This document shows, in pieces, positions 27,474-36,379 of a stretch of DNA of 36,379 nt. The stretch's first letter is position 1. The number at the start of each line of letters is the position of its first letter. Made by a program: the position numbers and the translations under genes. The DNA is from Ferroacidibacillus organovorans (GTDB lineage: Bacteria > Bacillota > Bacilli > Alicyclobacillales > SLC66). The stretch lies in the NCBI RefSeq assembly GCF_001642725.1, contig NZ_LSUQ01000025.1:1-36379 (forward strand). The letters are read 5' to 3'. The notes beneath the pieces are model-generated. The model did not search any database, had not been told where the DNA came from, and saw nothing but the letters and a program-made list of their open reading frames with translations.

Positions 27474-29216
27474 GTGATTCTTGTGTTTTTGAGAATGAAA
27501 TATAAAAAAAGAGCGCAACAGAAAAAAACGCTTGCACCCCAAAATCATGATGAGAATCTTGTAAATCGTCAAGAAAACCGCATAAAAAACGAAAAAAGTG
27601 GAGATTCACAAAAACCGTCTGAATTTTTCCTGCACAGTGTATTTACCAAAGAATTAGAGCCCAATCTTGCACTGTTTGAGAATGCATTAGGATCAAACAT
27701 GGATTTGTTGATTCGCAGATTTACCATCGAGTTGAATGATGACTTGATCTCCTGCGGGCTCGTTCACTTGGATGGCTCCTCTTCAAAGACGGATATCAAT
27801 GATATTCTGGCCGCTCTGATGTTTACGATAGACCAGAGCCAGCAGCGAGGAACCTCCGCATTTCGCGTCATCTATTCGCAGTGCATACCGTACGCGGATG
27901 TTGCGATCAAAAACTCCCCGCGGGAAGCAGCCGATTGGATCATCGCTGGAAACTCCATCCTCTTCCTCGACGGATACGAAAGAGTCATAGGGCTGAGTAC
28001 CCAGGCTTTTAAAGAGCGCGCCGTAGAACAATCGCAAACAGAACAAGTGATCCAAGGTTCGCGAGAAGCGTTTATCGAATCGATCGGCACGAATGTTTCT
28101 TTAATTCGCAAGCGCATGCGGTCGACCGATTTAAAGGTGCATAAGATTCAAATCGGGGAAGAGACGGCTACGAATGTCGCATTCTGTTATCTAGAGGGGA
28201 TCGCGAATGAAGCGTTGGTAAACGAAGTTAAAAAGAGACTCGAGGTGGTGAAAACAGATTCTCTCTATGGGTCGGGGTATCTTGAACAGTTTATTGAGGA
28301 TAGCCCATTTTCGCCTTTTCCTCAGGTACAAAATACGGAACGCCCGGACAAAGCGGTGGCTTCCATTCTTGAAGGGCGTGTGGCGATCTTGGTGGATGGC
28401 TCTCCCTTTTGTCTGATCGTTCCAGCGGTTTTCTCTCAATTTTATCAGACGACGGAAGACTACGATACGCGGTTTCTCATGGCCAGTTTGATTCGCGCCA
28501 TTCGTTTGATTTCATTGTTGTTTGCGCTGATCTTCCCTTCGGTCTATGTCTCTTTGATTGAATACAATCCGGAAATGATCCCAACCAAATTTGCCGTCGC
28601 GGTGGCGGGTGGCCGCGCGGGCGTTCCATTTCCCGCTATTGTAGAGATTTTTGGACTTGAGATTATCATGGAAATTCTGCGTGAAGCGACGATTCGACTT
28701 CCGCAACAAATTGGCGGGGCGCTTTCGATTGTAGGCGTTCTCGTGATCGGTGAGGCTGCTGTGAACGCAGGATTTGTCAGCCCCATTACGGTGGTTGTCG
28801 TATCGCTCACCACGATTGGTTCATTTGCGACACCCGCCTATAATGCGGCCATTGCGCTGCGCATGTTGCGATTTCCTCTTATGATTATATCGGGAATCTT
28901 CGGACTGTATGGCGTGATGGTGGGCATTATTTTAATTACAAATCATTTGATTAAGTTGGAGTCCTTCGGTGTGCCTTACTTGAGTCCGCTCCTGCCTGGG
29001 AATAAATTCGGATTTTTTGATTCGATCATCAGAGCGCCCGTATGGATGATGTCCAAACGACCAGAACAATTGCAAACAGGGAAAGCGACACGCATAAAGG
29101 TCAATCAGGAAACCCTAAAAAACCAAAAAGGGCGTCCGCTAGCTCCTCAATACCAAAATATTTCTGAGAATTCCTCTACATCTTCAACGCCAAATGATGA
29201 ATCAAATCAACCATAA
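27474..29216 (+). CDS. Spore germination receptor subunit A (GerA/GerKA family)
   Basis: GSREAFIE, SPFPQVQNTERPD, EGRVAILVDGSP, EILREATIRLP, ESFGVPYLSP; start uncertain. Confidence 0.95.
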   Translation: MILVFLRMKYKKRAQQKKTLAPQNHDENLVNRQENRIKNEKSGDSQKPSEFFLHSVFTKELEPNLALFENALGSNMDLLIRRFTIELNDDLISCGLVHLDGSSSKTDINDILAALMFTIDQSQQRGTSAFRVIYSQCIPYADVAIKNSPREAADWIIAGNSILFLDGYERVIGLSTQAFKERAVEQSQTEQVIQGSREAFIESIGTNVSLIRKRMRSTDLKVHKIQIGEETATNVAFCYLEGIANEALVNEVKKRLEVVKTDSLYGSGYLEQFIEDSPFSPFPQVQNTERPDKAVASILEGRVAILVDGSPFCLIVPAVFSQFYQTTEDYDTRFLMASLIRAIRLISLLFALIFPSVYVSLIEYNPEMIPTKFAVAVAGGRAGVPFPAIVEIFGLEIIMEILREATIRLPQQIGGALSIVGVLVIGEAAVNAGFVSPITVVVVSLTTIGSFATPAYNAAIALRMLRFPLMIISGIFGLYGVMVGIILITNHLIKLESFGVPYLSPLLPGNKFGFFDSIIRAPVWMMSKRPEQLQTGKATRIKVNQETLKNQKGRPLAPQYQNISENSSTSSTPNDESNQP

Positions 29217-29242
29217 ATCACCTCATGTTAGGCGGTTAGCGT

Positions 29243-30400
29243 ATGACAGATCAAAGGAACAACAGTAGTCAGTCAATGAAACAAGAAAGTGAGAAACCGA
29301 AAGAAGCGTCTGTGATTCAATTAGCGATGTCGATCGGGACCGCGATCATTGGGGTGGGTTTGTTAGCGTTTCCGAGAATCACGGTGAATTATGTCATGAC
29401 GGCCGCACCCGCGGCGACCGCGATGGCCGTACTCTTTGTGCTTGGCATTGGAATACTTGTCGCGTACCTCGGAAGCCAATATCCTCAGCTTACGATGTTT
29501 GAATACGGGGATCAGTTGCTCGGTAAATGGGTGGGGTGCATCATCCATGCGCTGCTGAGTTTTTACTATCTTGAGCTGGCTGCTCTCGCTACACGCGAGT
29601 TCGGGGAAGTGGTGGTAACGTCCGTTTTGCAACGTACACCCGTCGAAGTAACGGTGCTGACGATGCTCATTCTCGCAGCGATTGCATCACGAAATAATGT
29701 TTTTGTCGTCATACGGATTCTCACGTATTACATGCCATGGGTGTACTTTCCAGTTATCGTCATTGTGTTGCTAACGCTCAAAGGAGGGAATGAACTAAAC
29801 CTTCAGCCGTGGTTTCACATCACCCACCCTATGAGTTTACTAAAAGCTGTTTTGACAATTTCGGCGCTGTTTCAAAACATCCTGATCGCAGGAATGTTTA
29901 TTCCATACATGATTCATCCAGAGCGAGCGTGGAAGGGCATTTTGATTGGCGTGGGTGGGGCGGGCTCACTCTATGTCATCTTAATGCTCGCAACGCTTGG
30001 GGTGTTTGGAACTGAGGAGATCAAACACATTCTCTGGCCGACACTTGATTTGGCAAAAACCGCGTCACTGCCCGTATTTTTTATTGAGAGGCTGGATCCG
30101 ATCTTTGTCGCGGTCTGGGTGACCGCTGTTTTTACAGGGATCCTCTCCTCATACTATTGTTCAATCCGCGGCATGGCGCACGTTTTTCAACTTTATGACC
30201 ATCGGAGCATGTCGATCTTTATCTTTCCCGTGATTTTTGTAATGTCTCTCTTGCCGAAAAACATCGCCAATCTATACACGATTGTTGAGATTGTCGGCCA
30301 ATTCGGCATTATCCTCACGATGGGCTACCCTGTTCTCCTTGTACTCATTCACCTCTTGAAAAAGGTACTTAAAAAAAAGAAGGTTTTGCGTCATGCGTAA
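29243..30400 (+). CDS. Spore germination receptor subunit B (GerAB/APC permease)
   Basis: IIGVGLLAFP, LLGKWVG, LQRTP, FIERLDP; ~10 TM. Confidence 0.92.
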   Translation: MTDQRNNSSQSMKQESEKPKEASVIQLAMSIGTAIIGVGLLAFPRITVNYVMTAAPAATAMAVLFVLGIGILVAYLGSQYPQLTMFEYGDQLLGKWVGCIIHALLSFYYLELAALATREFGEVVVTSVLQRTPVEVTVLTMLILAAIASRNNVFVVIRILTYYMPWVYFPVIVIVLLTLKGGNELNLQPWFHITHPMSLLKAVLTISALFQNILIAGMFIPYMIHPERAWKGILIGVGGAGSLYVILMLATLGVFGTEEIKHILWPTLDLAKTASLPVFFIERLDPIFVAVWVTAVFTGILSSYYCSIRGMAHVFQLYDHRSMSIFIFPVIFVMSLLPKNIANLYTIVEIVGQFGIILTMGYPVLLVLIHLLKKVLKKKKVLRHA

Positions 30401-31592
30401 ATGGATTCGTTCCTCTGCGTTGATTGCTGTGTTGGTGGGTGGGGCGTCCCTGCTAACAGGTTGCTGGGACCGATTGGAGATTGAAGAGCGGGGAACCATT
30501 CTTGGGATTGCCATCGATCCTGTGAATGACGAGCCTCCAAAAAATATTACGGGTCCCCATGCGCGTGGTGTAGGGTACAGAATCAGTGCGCAAATTGCGA
30601 TTCCTGGACGCATTCCCCTCGGCCCGACGGCGGGAGGCGGCGGTAAAACAGAGCAACCTGTCTGGATTTTAAGCGCGACAGGAAAAACGGTGGATGACGC
30701 GATGGAGCGTTTGCAAGAAGATTTGGCAGACCGAATTTTTATTGGTCAAATGCGCATCATCATTGTCAATGAACAGATTGCTAGAACCACAGGTATGCTT
30801 GCGCTGCAGGATTATTTTCGGCGTAATGCAGAAACGCGCAGATTGATATGGATGATCATTAGTCACGGAGATGCAAAACAAGTGCTGCAAGCTTCTCCTA
30901 AGCTAGAACGCGTTCCCACACTTTATTTGGTTGGAACGATGGAACACGCGGTAACGCTTGGGAAAATTCCAAATGTATTTTTAGGAAACTATTGGTCAAC
31001 CTTGTCATCGTTTGGCCGCGAGCCTATTCTCCCTTTTATCACCGGCGAAGATAACCGGATTTATTTGGATGGATTAGCCTTATTCCATGGCGATAAAATG
31101 GTGGGGACGCTTAACACACTTCAAGTGGCTCCGTATATGGAGTTGACCAACCAAAAGCAAGCGGGCTACGGTTATTCTGTTCCTCTTCCTGATGAACCCA
31201 ATCAAAGCGCCACGCTTAAAGGCACCATTAGACACACGATCATCAAGTTGAAAATGAAACAGAACAAACCATTTTTTGATATCTATGTGATCATCAACGG
31301 GAACGTCCATGAGTTGACATCCTCAAGACATCAGCTAAGCAGTACGCTGATGGAAAAACTGTCTATTGAATCGGCACAATTTTTGCAAGATGGTCAGGTC
31401 AAATTTATAAAGAGAATGAAGCGGTTGGGGATTGATCCAATCGGATTGGGCGAGTATGTTCGCGCTCAGTATCCGGTCTATTGGAGTCATATCGAGACGA
31501 GAAATCGCTGGGATCAGGTATTCGCCAAAGATGCAACCATCCGTCTACACAATACATTCAATGTCGTTCGCTCCGGTCTTGCCCCACATTAA
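30393..31592 (+). CDS. Spore germination receptor subunit C, Ger(x)C lipoprotein
   Basis: Lipobox LLTGC-WDRLEIE, GIAID, DPIGLG. Confidence 0.93.
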   Translation: MRKWIRSSALIAVLVGGASLLTGCWDRLEIEERGTILGIAIDPVNDEPPKNITGPHARGVGYRISAQIAIPGRIPLGPTAGGGGKTEQPVWILSATGKTVDDAMERLQEDLADRIFIGQMRIIIVNEQIARTTGMLALQDYFRRNAETRRLIWMIISHGDAKQVLQASPKLERVPTLYLVGTMEHAVTLGKIPNVFLGNYWSTLSSFGREPILPFITGEDNRIYLDGLALFHGDKMVGTLNTLQVAPYMELTNQKQAGYGYSVPLPDEPNQSATLKGTIRHTIIKLKMKQNKPFFDIYVIINGNVHELTSSRHQLSSTLMEKLSIESAQFLQDGQVKFIKRMKRLGIDPIGLGEYVRAQYPVYWSHIETRNRWDQVFAKDATIRLHNTFNVVRSGLAPH

Positions 31593-31882
31593 GTGATTGC
31601 GGACATGATCTGAATGAACGCGATGAGTAGAAAACCCCCAATCACATAAAATAAGGAAGCAAATTTCATAAAGCGAAGCTCGTATTTGGAGGGCTTCGGA
31701 CGTGGCGTTGTTCGCGAAGGTTGTCGTCCAGCAGAAGGAGAGGCTGTCTTGAAATAGGTTTCATTTGAGTCATCTGATGGGTGTTGGTTCTGAGGGGATG
31801 TTTCCTTCTCGCTTTTCTTTAATGGTCTATAATCCACGAAATACGTGATCAGTCCACAGAGTAAGAAGATCAATCCAATCAT
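31589..31882 (-). CDS. Small two-TM protein resembling ger-operon-associated CLC_0170-type proteins
   Basis: MIGLIFLLCGLITYFVDYRPLKK...YELRFMKFASLFYVIGGFLLI; convergent with and overlapping the gerC-type stop. Confidence 0.55.
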   Translation of the reverse strand: MIGLIFLLCGLITYFVDYRPLKKSEKETSPQNQHPSDDSNETYFKTASPSAGRQPSRTTPRPKPSKYELRFMKFASLFYVIGGFLLIAFIQIMSAIT

Positions 31883-32159
31883 TGGGATATCACTTGTTAT
31901 TAAAATTTGAAGTAAAATATTTATGGAAGATCCCCCGCATTCAAGGTGGAATTTTATGCGTTTACTTCGTGACTCGAGTAAATCACGGATAGAATGCCCA
32001 ATTGCGCTCTTCCCATGCTGATCTTGATGAACGGTGCATGGTGGAGGCGGCAAACTTCTAGGGTGGCAAAAGCATGCTACTGTCGAGTCGAGTGAACCTT
32101 TGCTATGATGATAGGAAGGCAATCTCCGCTCGACTCGATTGAAAGACAAGGAGCATGAC

Positions 32160-33743
32160 ATGAGTGAATCGCCCGTGAAACCTTGGTTAAGCTTAAGCAC
32201 TCCGTATTCTGGTCGGCAAGGACAGGGGAGCGAAAAACAGCGCCGCAGTACATGGCGCTCGGATCGCTCCGTGTACCACTACGTGTTTGTGCTCGTGCTC
32301 CTTGGCGTGCTCACGTTGATTTTGTGGAATGTTGGGTGGCTTTTCAATCGTGTCAACATCGCGATGCTCTATCTTTTGCCTGTCCTATACAGCGCGCTGC
32401 GTTTTGGGCGGGGGCCAGCTTTTTTTGCGGCGAGCCTCGGCGTGGTTTTGTTCGACTTTTTCTTCGTTCCGCCTGTGCTGAACTTCTCCGTGAGCGATTT
32501 TCGCTACCTGATCTCTTTCAATGTGTTTCTCATGGTCGCAGGGCTTACGGCAACCCTCGCCTCTCGTCTGCGGGCTCAGTTGAAAGAAGCGACAAGGCGC
32601 GAAGAGCAAACGTCGATCTTGTATCGCATCAGCCGTCAGATGGTGTCGCTCACCGACCTCGCATCGATGATTGCGACACTCGAACAGCAGGTCTCAAACG
32701 CCCTGCACATGCCGGTTGTGATCGTGTTGCCACAGGCAGACGGGCGAATGGTCGTTGAAAAAACGGCAGATCACGCGTGGCTGAATGAATTGGATCAGAC
32801 GTTTGCGTCGTGGGCGTTTCATCACGGACAAATGTGCGGTCGCGGAACAGAGTATTTTAAAGAAGCGGCGGGACTCTACCTGCCGCTCAAAACGGAGGCG
32901 AACGTGTACGGCGTTCTCTGTATTCATATCGGTTTGTCAGTTCCGTCGCTTGACCTTGAGCGAATGACACTCGTTGAGGCGCTCTCAAGCCTTGCGGCCA
33001 TTTCGATCGCCCGCTTCAAACTCGAAGAAGAGGCGAAAGTGGCCCATCTCGCGGCAGAGTCCGAGCGCTTGCGAACGGTGTTGCTCGACTCGATCTCTCA
33101 CGAACTGCGCACGCCACTGGCCTCGATCATTGGCGCGGCGACAGGCATTCTCGAAGGCGAAGGCGTTCTTGACGTGGCGGATCATCGTGAGCTGATCGCG
33201 ACCCTTCGCGCAGAAGCTGTTCGCATGAATCGCCTGGTGACAAACCTGTTGAACATGGTGCGTCTTGAGAGCGGCATGATGCGCTTGCGCAAGCAGTGGT
33301 GTGACATCGAGGATCTGATCGGCGTGGCGCTACACCAACTGCGCGAATCCCTGGCGGAGCGCGAAGTGACCGTCGATCTTCCGGATGACCTGCCGGGCGT
33401 ACACGTTGACAGTGTCTTGATTGAGCATGTGCTGGTCAATGTGTTGAGCAATGCGATCAAATATTCCCCTGAGAAAAGTGAAATTGCGCTTCACGCATAC
33501 GTTGTCGATCACACGATGCGTGTCGCCATCAAGGATCAAGGCATGGGCATCGCGACAGAAGAGCGCGCGCGGATCTTTGAGAAGTTCTATCGTTCTCCGC
33601 GCAATAAGCACATCACGGGCACGGGACTTGGACTTGCCATCTGCAAAGGCATCGCGCTCGCCCACGGTGGGAACATCTGGGTTGAAGCCGCAGATTCTTC
33701 AGGCAGCACGCTGGTCTTGAGTCTGCCGCTCACTTCGCGGTAA
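32160..33743 (+). CDS. kdpD: KdpD-type sensor kinase lacking the N-terminal KdpD/USP domains (DUF4118-GAF-HisKA-HATPase)
   Basis: NIAMLYLL, FDFFFVPP, DSISHELRTPL, SNAIKYSP, GTGLGLAICKG; ATG 32160 after AAGGAG. Confidence 0.88.
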   Translation: MSESPVKPWLSLSTPYSGRQGQGSEKQRRSTWRSDRSVYHYVFVLVLLGVLTLILWNVGWLFNRVNIAMLYLLPVLYSALRFGRGPAFFAASLGVVLFDFFFVPPVLNFSVSDFRYLISFNVFLMVAGLTATLASRLRAQLKEATRREEQTSILYRISRQMVSLTDLASMIATLEQQVSNALHMPVVIVLPQADGRMVVEKTADHAWLNELDQTFASWAFHHGQMCGRGTEYFKEAAGLYLPLKTEANVYGVLCIHIGLSVPSLDLERMTLVEALSSLAAISIARFKLEEEAKVAHLAAESERLRTVLLDSISHELRTPLASIIGAATGILEGEGVLDVADHRELIATLRAEAVRMNRLVTNLLNMVRLESGMMRLRKQWCDIEDLIGVALHQLRESLAEREVTVDLPDDLPGVHVDSVLIEHVLVNVLSNAIKYSPEKSEIALHAYVVDHTMRVAIKDQGMGIATEERARIFEKFYRSPRNKHITGTGLGLAICKGIALAHGGNIWVEAADSSGSTLVLSLPLTSR

Positions 33744-33781
33744 GATAAGAGTCTCACGAGGAACGGAAGGATGGTCACAGC

Positions 33782-34498
33782 TTGACGGCCCACGGTGCGC
33801 GAATCCTCGTCATTGATGACGAGAAGTCGATTCGCAGGCTTTTAAAAGTCAATCTCCAGGCGCATGGCTACGCGATGTTTGAGAGCGAGTCAGGCGCTGA
33901 TGGCATTCTCAAAGCGAGTGAGATGCGCCCGGATTTGATCATCCTTGATCTCGGACTCCCAGATGTGGAGGGCCATCAGGTGCTCAAGCAAATCCGCGAA
34001 TGGTCCCGCGTTCCGATCATCGTGCTCACGGTGCGCGAGGATGTGGAAGAAAAGATCGCGGCGCTCGATCAGGGGGCGGATGATTTTGTCACAAAGCCGT
34101 TTGCACTCGGCGAACTTCTCGCCCGCATCCGCGTGTGGCTTCGCCATATTCCAAAACAAGAAGAGCCTGTTCTCACGTTTGGCGACCTCACGGTCGATCT
34201 CGCGCAGCGCTTGGTGCTGCATCATCAGCAACCGGTGAAACTCACACCGATCGAGTATGATCTTTTAAAGGTCTTGGTTCGCCACGCGGGGCGGGTGATG
34301 ACTCACCGACAGCTCTTGCAGGAGGTTTGGGGAAACTATAACGTGGATGAATCAAGTCACTATTTGCGCATCTATATCGGTCATTTGCGAAAGAAACTAG
34401 AGAGAGATCCAGCGCGTCCCTCTCTCATTCTCACAGAACCGGGCGTCGGGTATCGCTTTATCGTCGCGTATGAAGAAGAAACAAATGCCAAAGACTAA
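33782..34498 (+). CDS. kdpE: KdpE response regulator (OmpR family)
   Basis: LDLGLPD, GADDFVTKPF, YLRIYIGHLRKKLE, TEPGVGYRF. Confidence 0.93.
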   Translation: MTAHGARILVIDDEKSIRRLLKVNLQAHGYAMFESESGADGILKASEMRPDLIILDLGLPDVEGHQVLKQIREWSRVPIIVLTVREDVEEKIAALDQGADDFVTKPFALGELLARIRVWLRHIPKQEEPVLTFGDLTVDLAQRLVLHHQQPVKLTPIEYDLLKVLVRHAGRVMTHRQLLQEVWGNYNVDESSHYLRIYIGHLRKKLERDPARPSLILTEPGVGYRFIVAYEEETNAKD

Positions 34499-34520
34499 AC
34501 GCGTTTCGCGATGAAACGCG

Positions 34521-34589
34521 TTTTTTACGGTTTTTTTACACGGGAGACGAATATCTTTACGGCATATTTACGTGTCGCAAAGCTACAAT
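34521..34589 (+). promoter_or_regulatory. KdpE-binding direct repeats and kdp promoter
   Basis: TTTAC at 34524/34535 and 34556/34567 (two pairs, 11-bp period); TACAAT -10 at 34584-34589. Confidence 0.65.
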
Positions 34590-34634
34590 GACGAAAGGTT
34601 TGTTTGTGTTGAGTGGATGGTGGAGGTGGTTAAT

Positions 34635-34718
34635 TTGGGAGATCTAATCTCTCTTTTGCTCTATGTCGCGGTCTTTTCTCTTTTTTTATGGCTATTTCGC
34701 ATTTTTGACAGGACGTAA
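34635..34718 (+). CDS. 27-aa membrane micropeptide (KdpZ-like) MGDLISLLLYVAVFSLFLWLFRIFDRT
   Basis: RBS GGAGGTG, TTG start, single TM; first ORF of the kdp operon. Confidence 0.75.
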   Translation: MGDLISLLLYVAVFSLFLWLFRIFDRT

Positions 34719-34730
34719 GGAGGAACCGGG

Positions 34731-34808
34731 ATGTGGGTCTTGTTGTTTGTCGCGGCGATCGTCATGGTCTATCTGACGTATGTGATTTTTCACCCAGAAA
34801 AGTTCTAA
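34731..34808 (+). CDS. kdpF: KdpF subunit MWVLLFVAAIVMVYLTYVIFHPEKF
   Basis: RBS AAGGAGG; C-terminal YL.Y....PEKF signature; directly before kdpA. Confidence 0.92.
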   Translation: MWVLLFVAAIVMVYLTYVIFHPEKF

Positions 34809-34824
34809 GAGGGAGCGACACGTT

Positions 34825-36379
34825 GTGACGGTTGCAGGTTCGATTGGCATTGTCGTCATCATAGGGCTCATTGTCGCGCTGAGCGTCCCGCTTGGCGTGT
34901 ATCTGTTTCGCACGTTTGCCAAACAGCAAAAAGCGTCCGAAGGATGGGCTGCACCTTTTGAAAAGGTGCTCTATCGGTTGGTGGGGGTAAACCCTTCCGT
35001 CCAGATGGATTGGAAGGCGTATTTGCGTGCGCTGATGCTGGTCAATTTCACCATGATGATTTTTGTCTATGTGATCTTTCGCCTACAAGGGGTGCTACCG
35101 CTAAACCCGGACCACATCCCCGGCATGAGTTGGGATCTGGCGTTTAACACGGCGGCTAGCTTCATCACGAATACGAACTGGCAGAATTACGCGGGTGAGA
35201 ACGCGATGTCGTATCTCGGGCAAATGCTCGCAATTACATATCTGCAATTCACCTCGGCGGCCACCGGGTTTGTCGCAGCCATCGCATTCCTGCGCGCGCT
35301 GATCTCTAACCGCGGCGAATCGCTGGGGAATTTTTGGATGGATTTCATCAAGATTCACACGCGCCTGCTTTTGCCCCTATCCATCGTTCTCGCGGTGGTG
35401 TTTGTGGGACTTGGGATTCCTGATACCCTGATGGGCGCGCAAGTGGCGCACACGCTGTCCGGCGGCACGCAGATCATCTCGCGCGGACCCGTGGCGTCGC
35501 TCGAAGCGATCAAGCAACTCGGCACCAACGGCGGCGGTTTTTTTAATGCGAACTCCGCGCATCCGTTTGAAGACCCGTCCGCATTCACGGGCGTCCTTGA
35601 GATGATCGCGATGGGCGTGATCTCGGCGAGCCTTCTGACACTGTTCGGGCTGATGATCAAAAATCGCCGCCAGGCGGTCGTGCTCTACGTGTTTTTGACG
35701 GCGATCTTGTTGATCGGGGCGTTTGTGATCTACGCAAATGAGACCGGGGGCAACCCGCTTCTCGCGCACGCGCTTGGCATCAAGGGCCCCAACATGGAAG
35801 GCAAAGAAATGCGTTTTGGTGAGGCGCTCAGCAGCGCGTTTACGGCGATCACCACAGCGTTTACGACGGGTGCTGTCAACACGATGCACGACAGTCTCAC
35901 ACCGCTTGGCGGGCTGGTGCCACTGCTTTTCATGATGTTCAACGTCATCTTTGGCGGCAAAGGCGTGGGGCTGTTGAACATCCTCATGTTCCTGATCATC
36001 TCTGTGTTTCTCTCCGGCTTGATGGTTGGGCGCACCCCTGAGATCTTTGGCAAAAAAATCGAGGCGCGCGAGATTAAGCTGGCGATGATCGCGATGCTTG
36101 TGCACCCGTTTATCATCTTATTTCCAACGGCGCTCGCACTTTCGCTGAAGGCGGGGACGTCATCGATTCTCAATCCGGGACTGCACGGTTTGACGGAGGT
36201 ACTGTACGCGTATTCTTCGACGGCTGCCAACAACGGCTCGGCGTTTGCGGGACTCAGCGGAAACACCGTGTTTTACAATGTCTCGCTCGGACTCGTGATG
36301 TTGCTTGGGCGCTATGTCTCCTTGATTGCGATGTTTGCGATCGCGGGGTCGCTCGCCAAAAAGCCGGTCATTCCAGAAA
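34825..36379 (+). CDS. kdpA: K+-transporting ATPase subunit A (runs off the window end)
   Basis: FNTAASFITNTNWQNYAGE, IKQLGTNGGGFFNANSAHPFE, MEGKEMRFG, GAVNTMHDS, ANNGSAFAG; absent from the ORF track because it has no stop in the window. Confidence 0.96.
   Translation, partial: MTVAGSIGIVVIIGLIVALSVPLGVYLFRTFAKQQKASEGWAAPFEKVLYRLVGVNPSVQMDWKAYLRALMLVNFTMMIFVYVIFRLQGVLPLNPDHIPGMSWDLAFNTAASFITNTNWQNYAGENAMSYLGQMLAITYLQFTSAATGFVAAIAFLRALISNRGESLGNFWMDFIKIHTRLLLPLSIVLAVVFVGLGIPDTLMGAQVAHTLSGGTQIISRGPVASLEAIKQLGTNGGGFFNANSAHPFEDPSAFTGVLEMIAMGVISASLLTLFGLMIKNRRQAVVLYVFLTAILLIGAFVIYANETGGNPLLAHALGIKGPNMEGKEMRFGEALSSAFTAITTAFTTGAVNTMHDSLTPLGGLVPLLFMMFNVIFGGKGVGLLNILMFLIISVFLSGLMVGRTPEIFGKKIEAREIKLAMIAMLVHPFIILFPTALALSLKAGTSSILNPGLHGLTEVLYAYSSTAANNGSAFAGLSGNTVFYNVSLGLVMLLGRYVSLIAMFAIAGSLAKKPVIPE

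Noticed and set aside
34809..34818. GAGGGAGCGA before kdpA matches 10 nt of the CRISPR repeat
   Set aside because: Explained by the Shine-Dalgarno sequence; too short to imply crRNA regulation.
35377..36266. Long minus-strand ORFs (242 aa, 178 aa) and similar shadow ORFs over the MFS, dipeptidase and kdpD genes
   Set aside because: Antisense shadows of GC-rich genes such as kdpA.
1..36379. Tyrosine recombinase/integron integrase, anti-CRISPR, tRNA or rRNA genes
   Set aside because: No supporting motifs found in the window.

Overview
Bacillota (probably Alicyclobacillaceae-like, inferred from gene content only) chromosomal window. Left third: a complete type II-C CRISPR-Cas locus, apparently inserted behind a truncated secreted-protein gene. 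It has a tracrRNA at about 1417-1519, cas9 (1110 aa), cas1, cas2 and an array of 47 spacers with a 36-nt repeat transcribed on the minus strand. The array's distal repeat is cut exactly in half by an IS3-family element. Middle (11.1-17.7 kb): a run of short, co-oriented minus-strand accessory genes and pseudogenes (APH-like phosphotransferase, HAD, four GNATs, histidine phosphatase, PadR/pentapeptide/ABC remnant). These are separated by a degenerate ~31-bp loxP/dif-like site, often in pairs ~81 bp apart around an ARG-box-like motif. This is the best candidate for an undescribed, integron-like cassette system; no recombinase gene is in the window. Right half: MerR-MFS/MBL, an AbrB-RelE/ParE toxin-antitoxin pair, NUDIX, M20 dipeptidase, a DeoR-Cof-MFS operon, a GerA-type germination operon and a kdp region (short KdpD, KdpE, two micropeptides, start of kdpA). 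All calls are by eye from sequence motifs; no searches were run.
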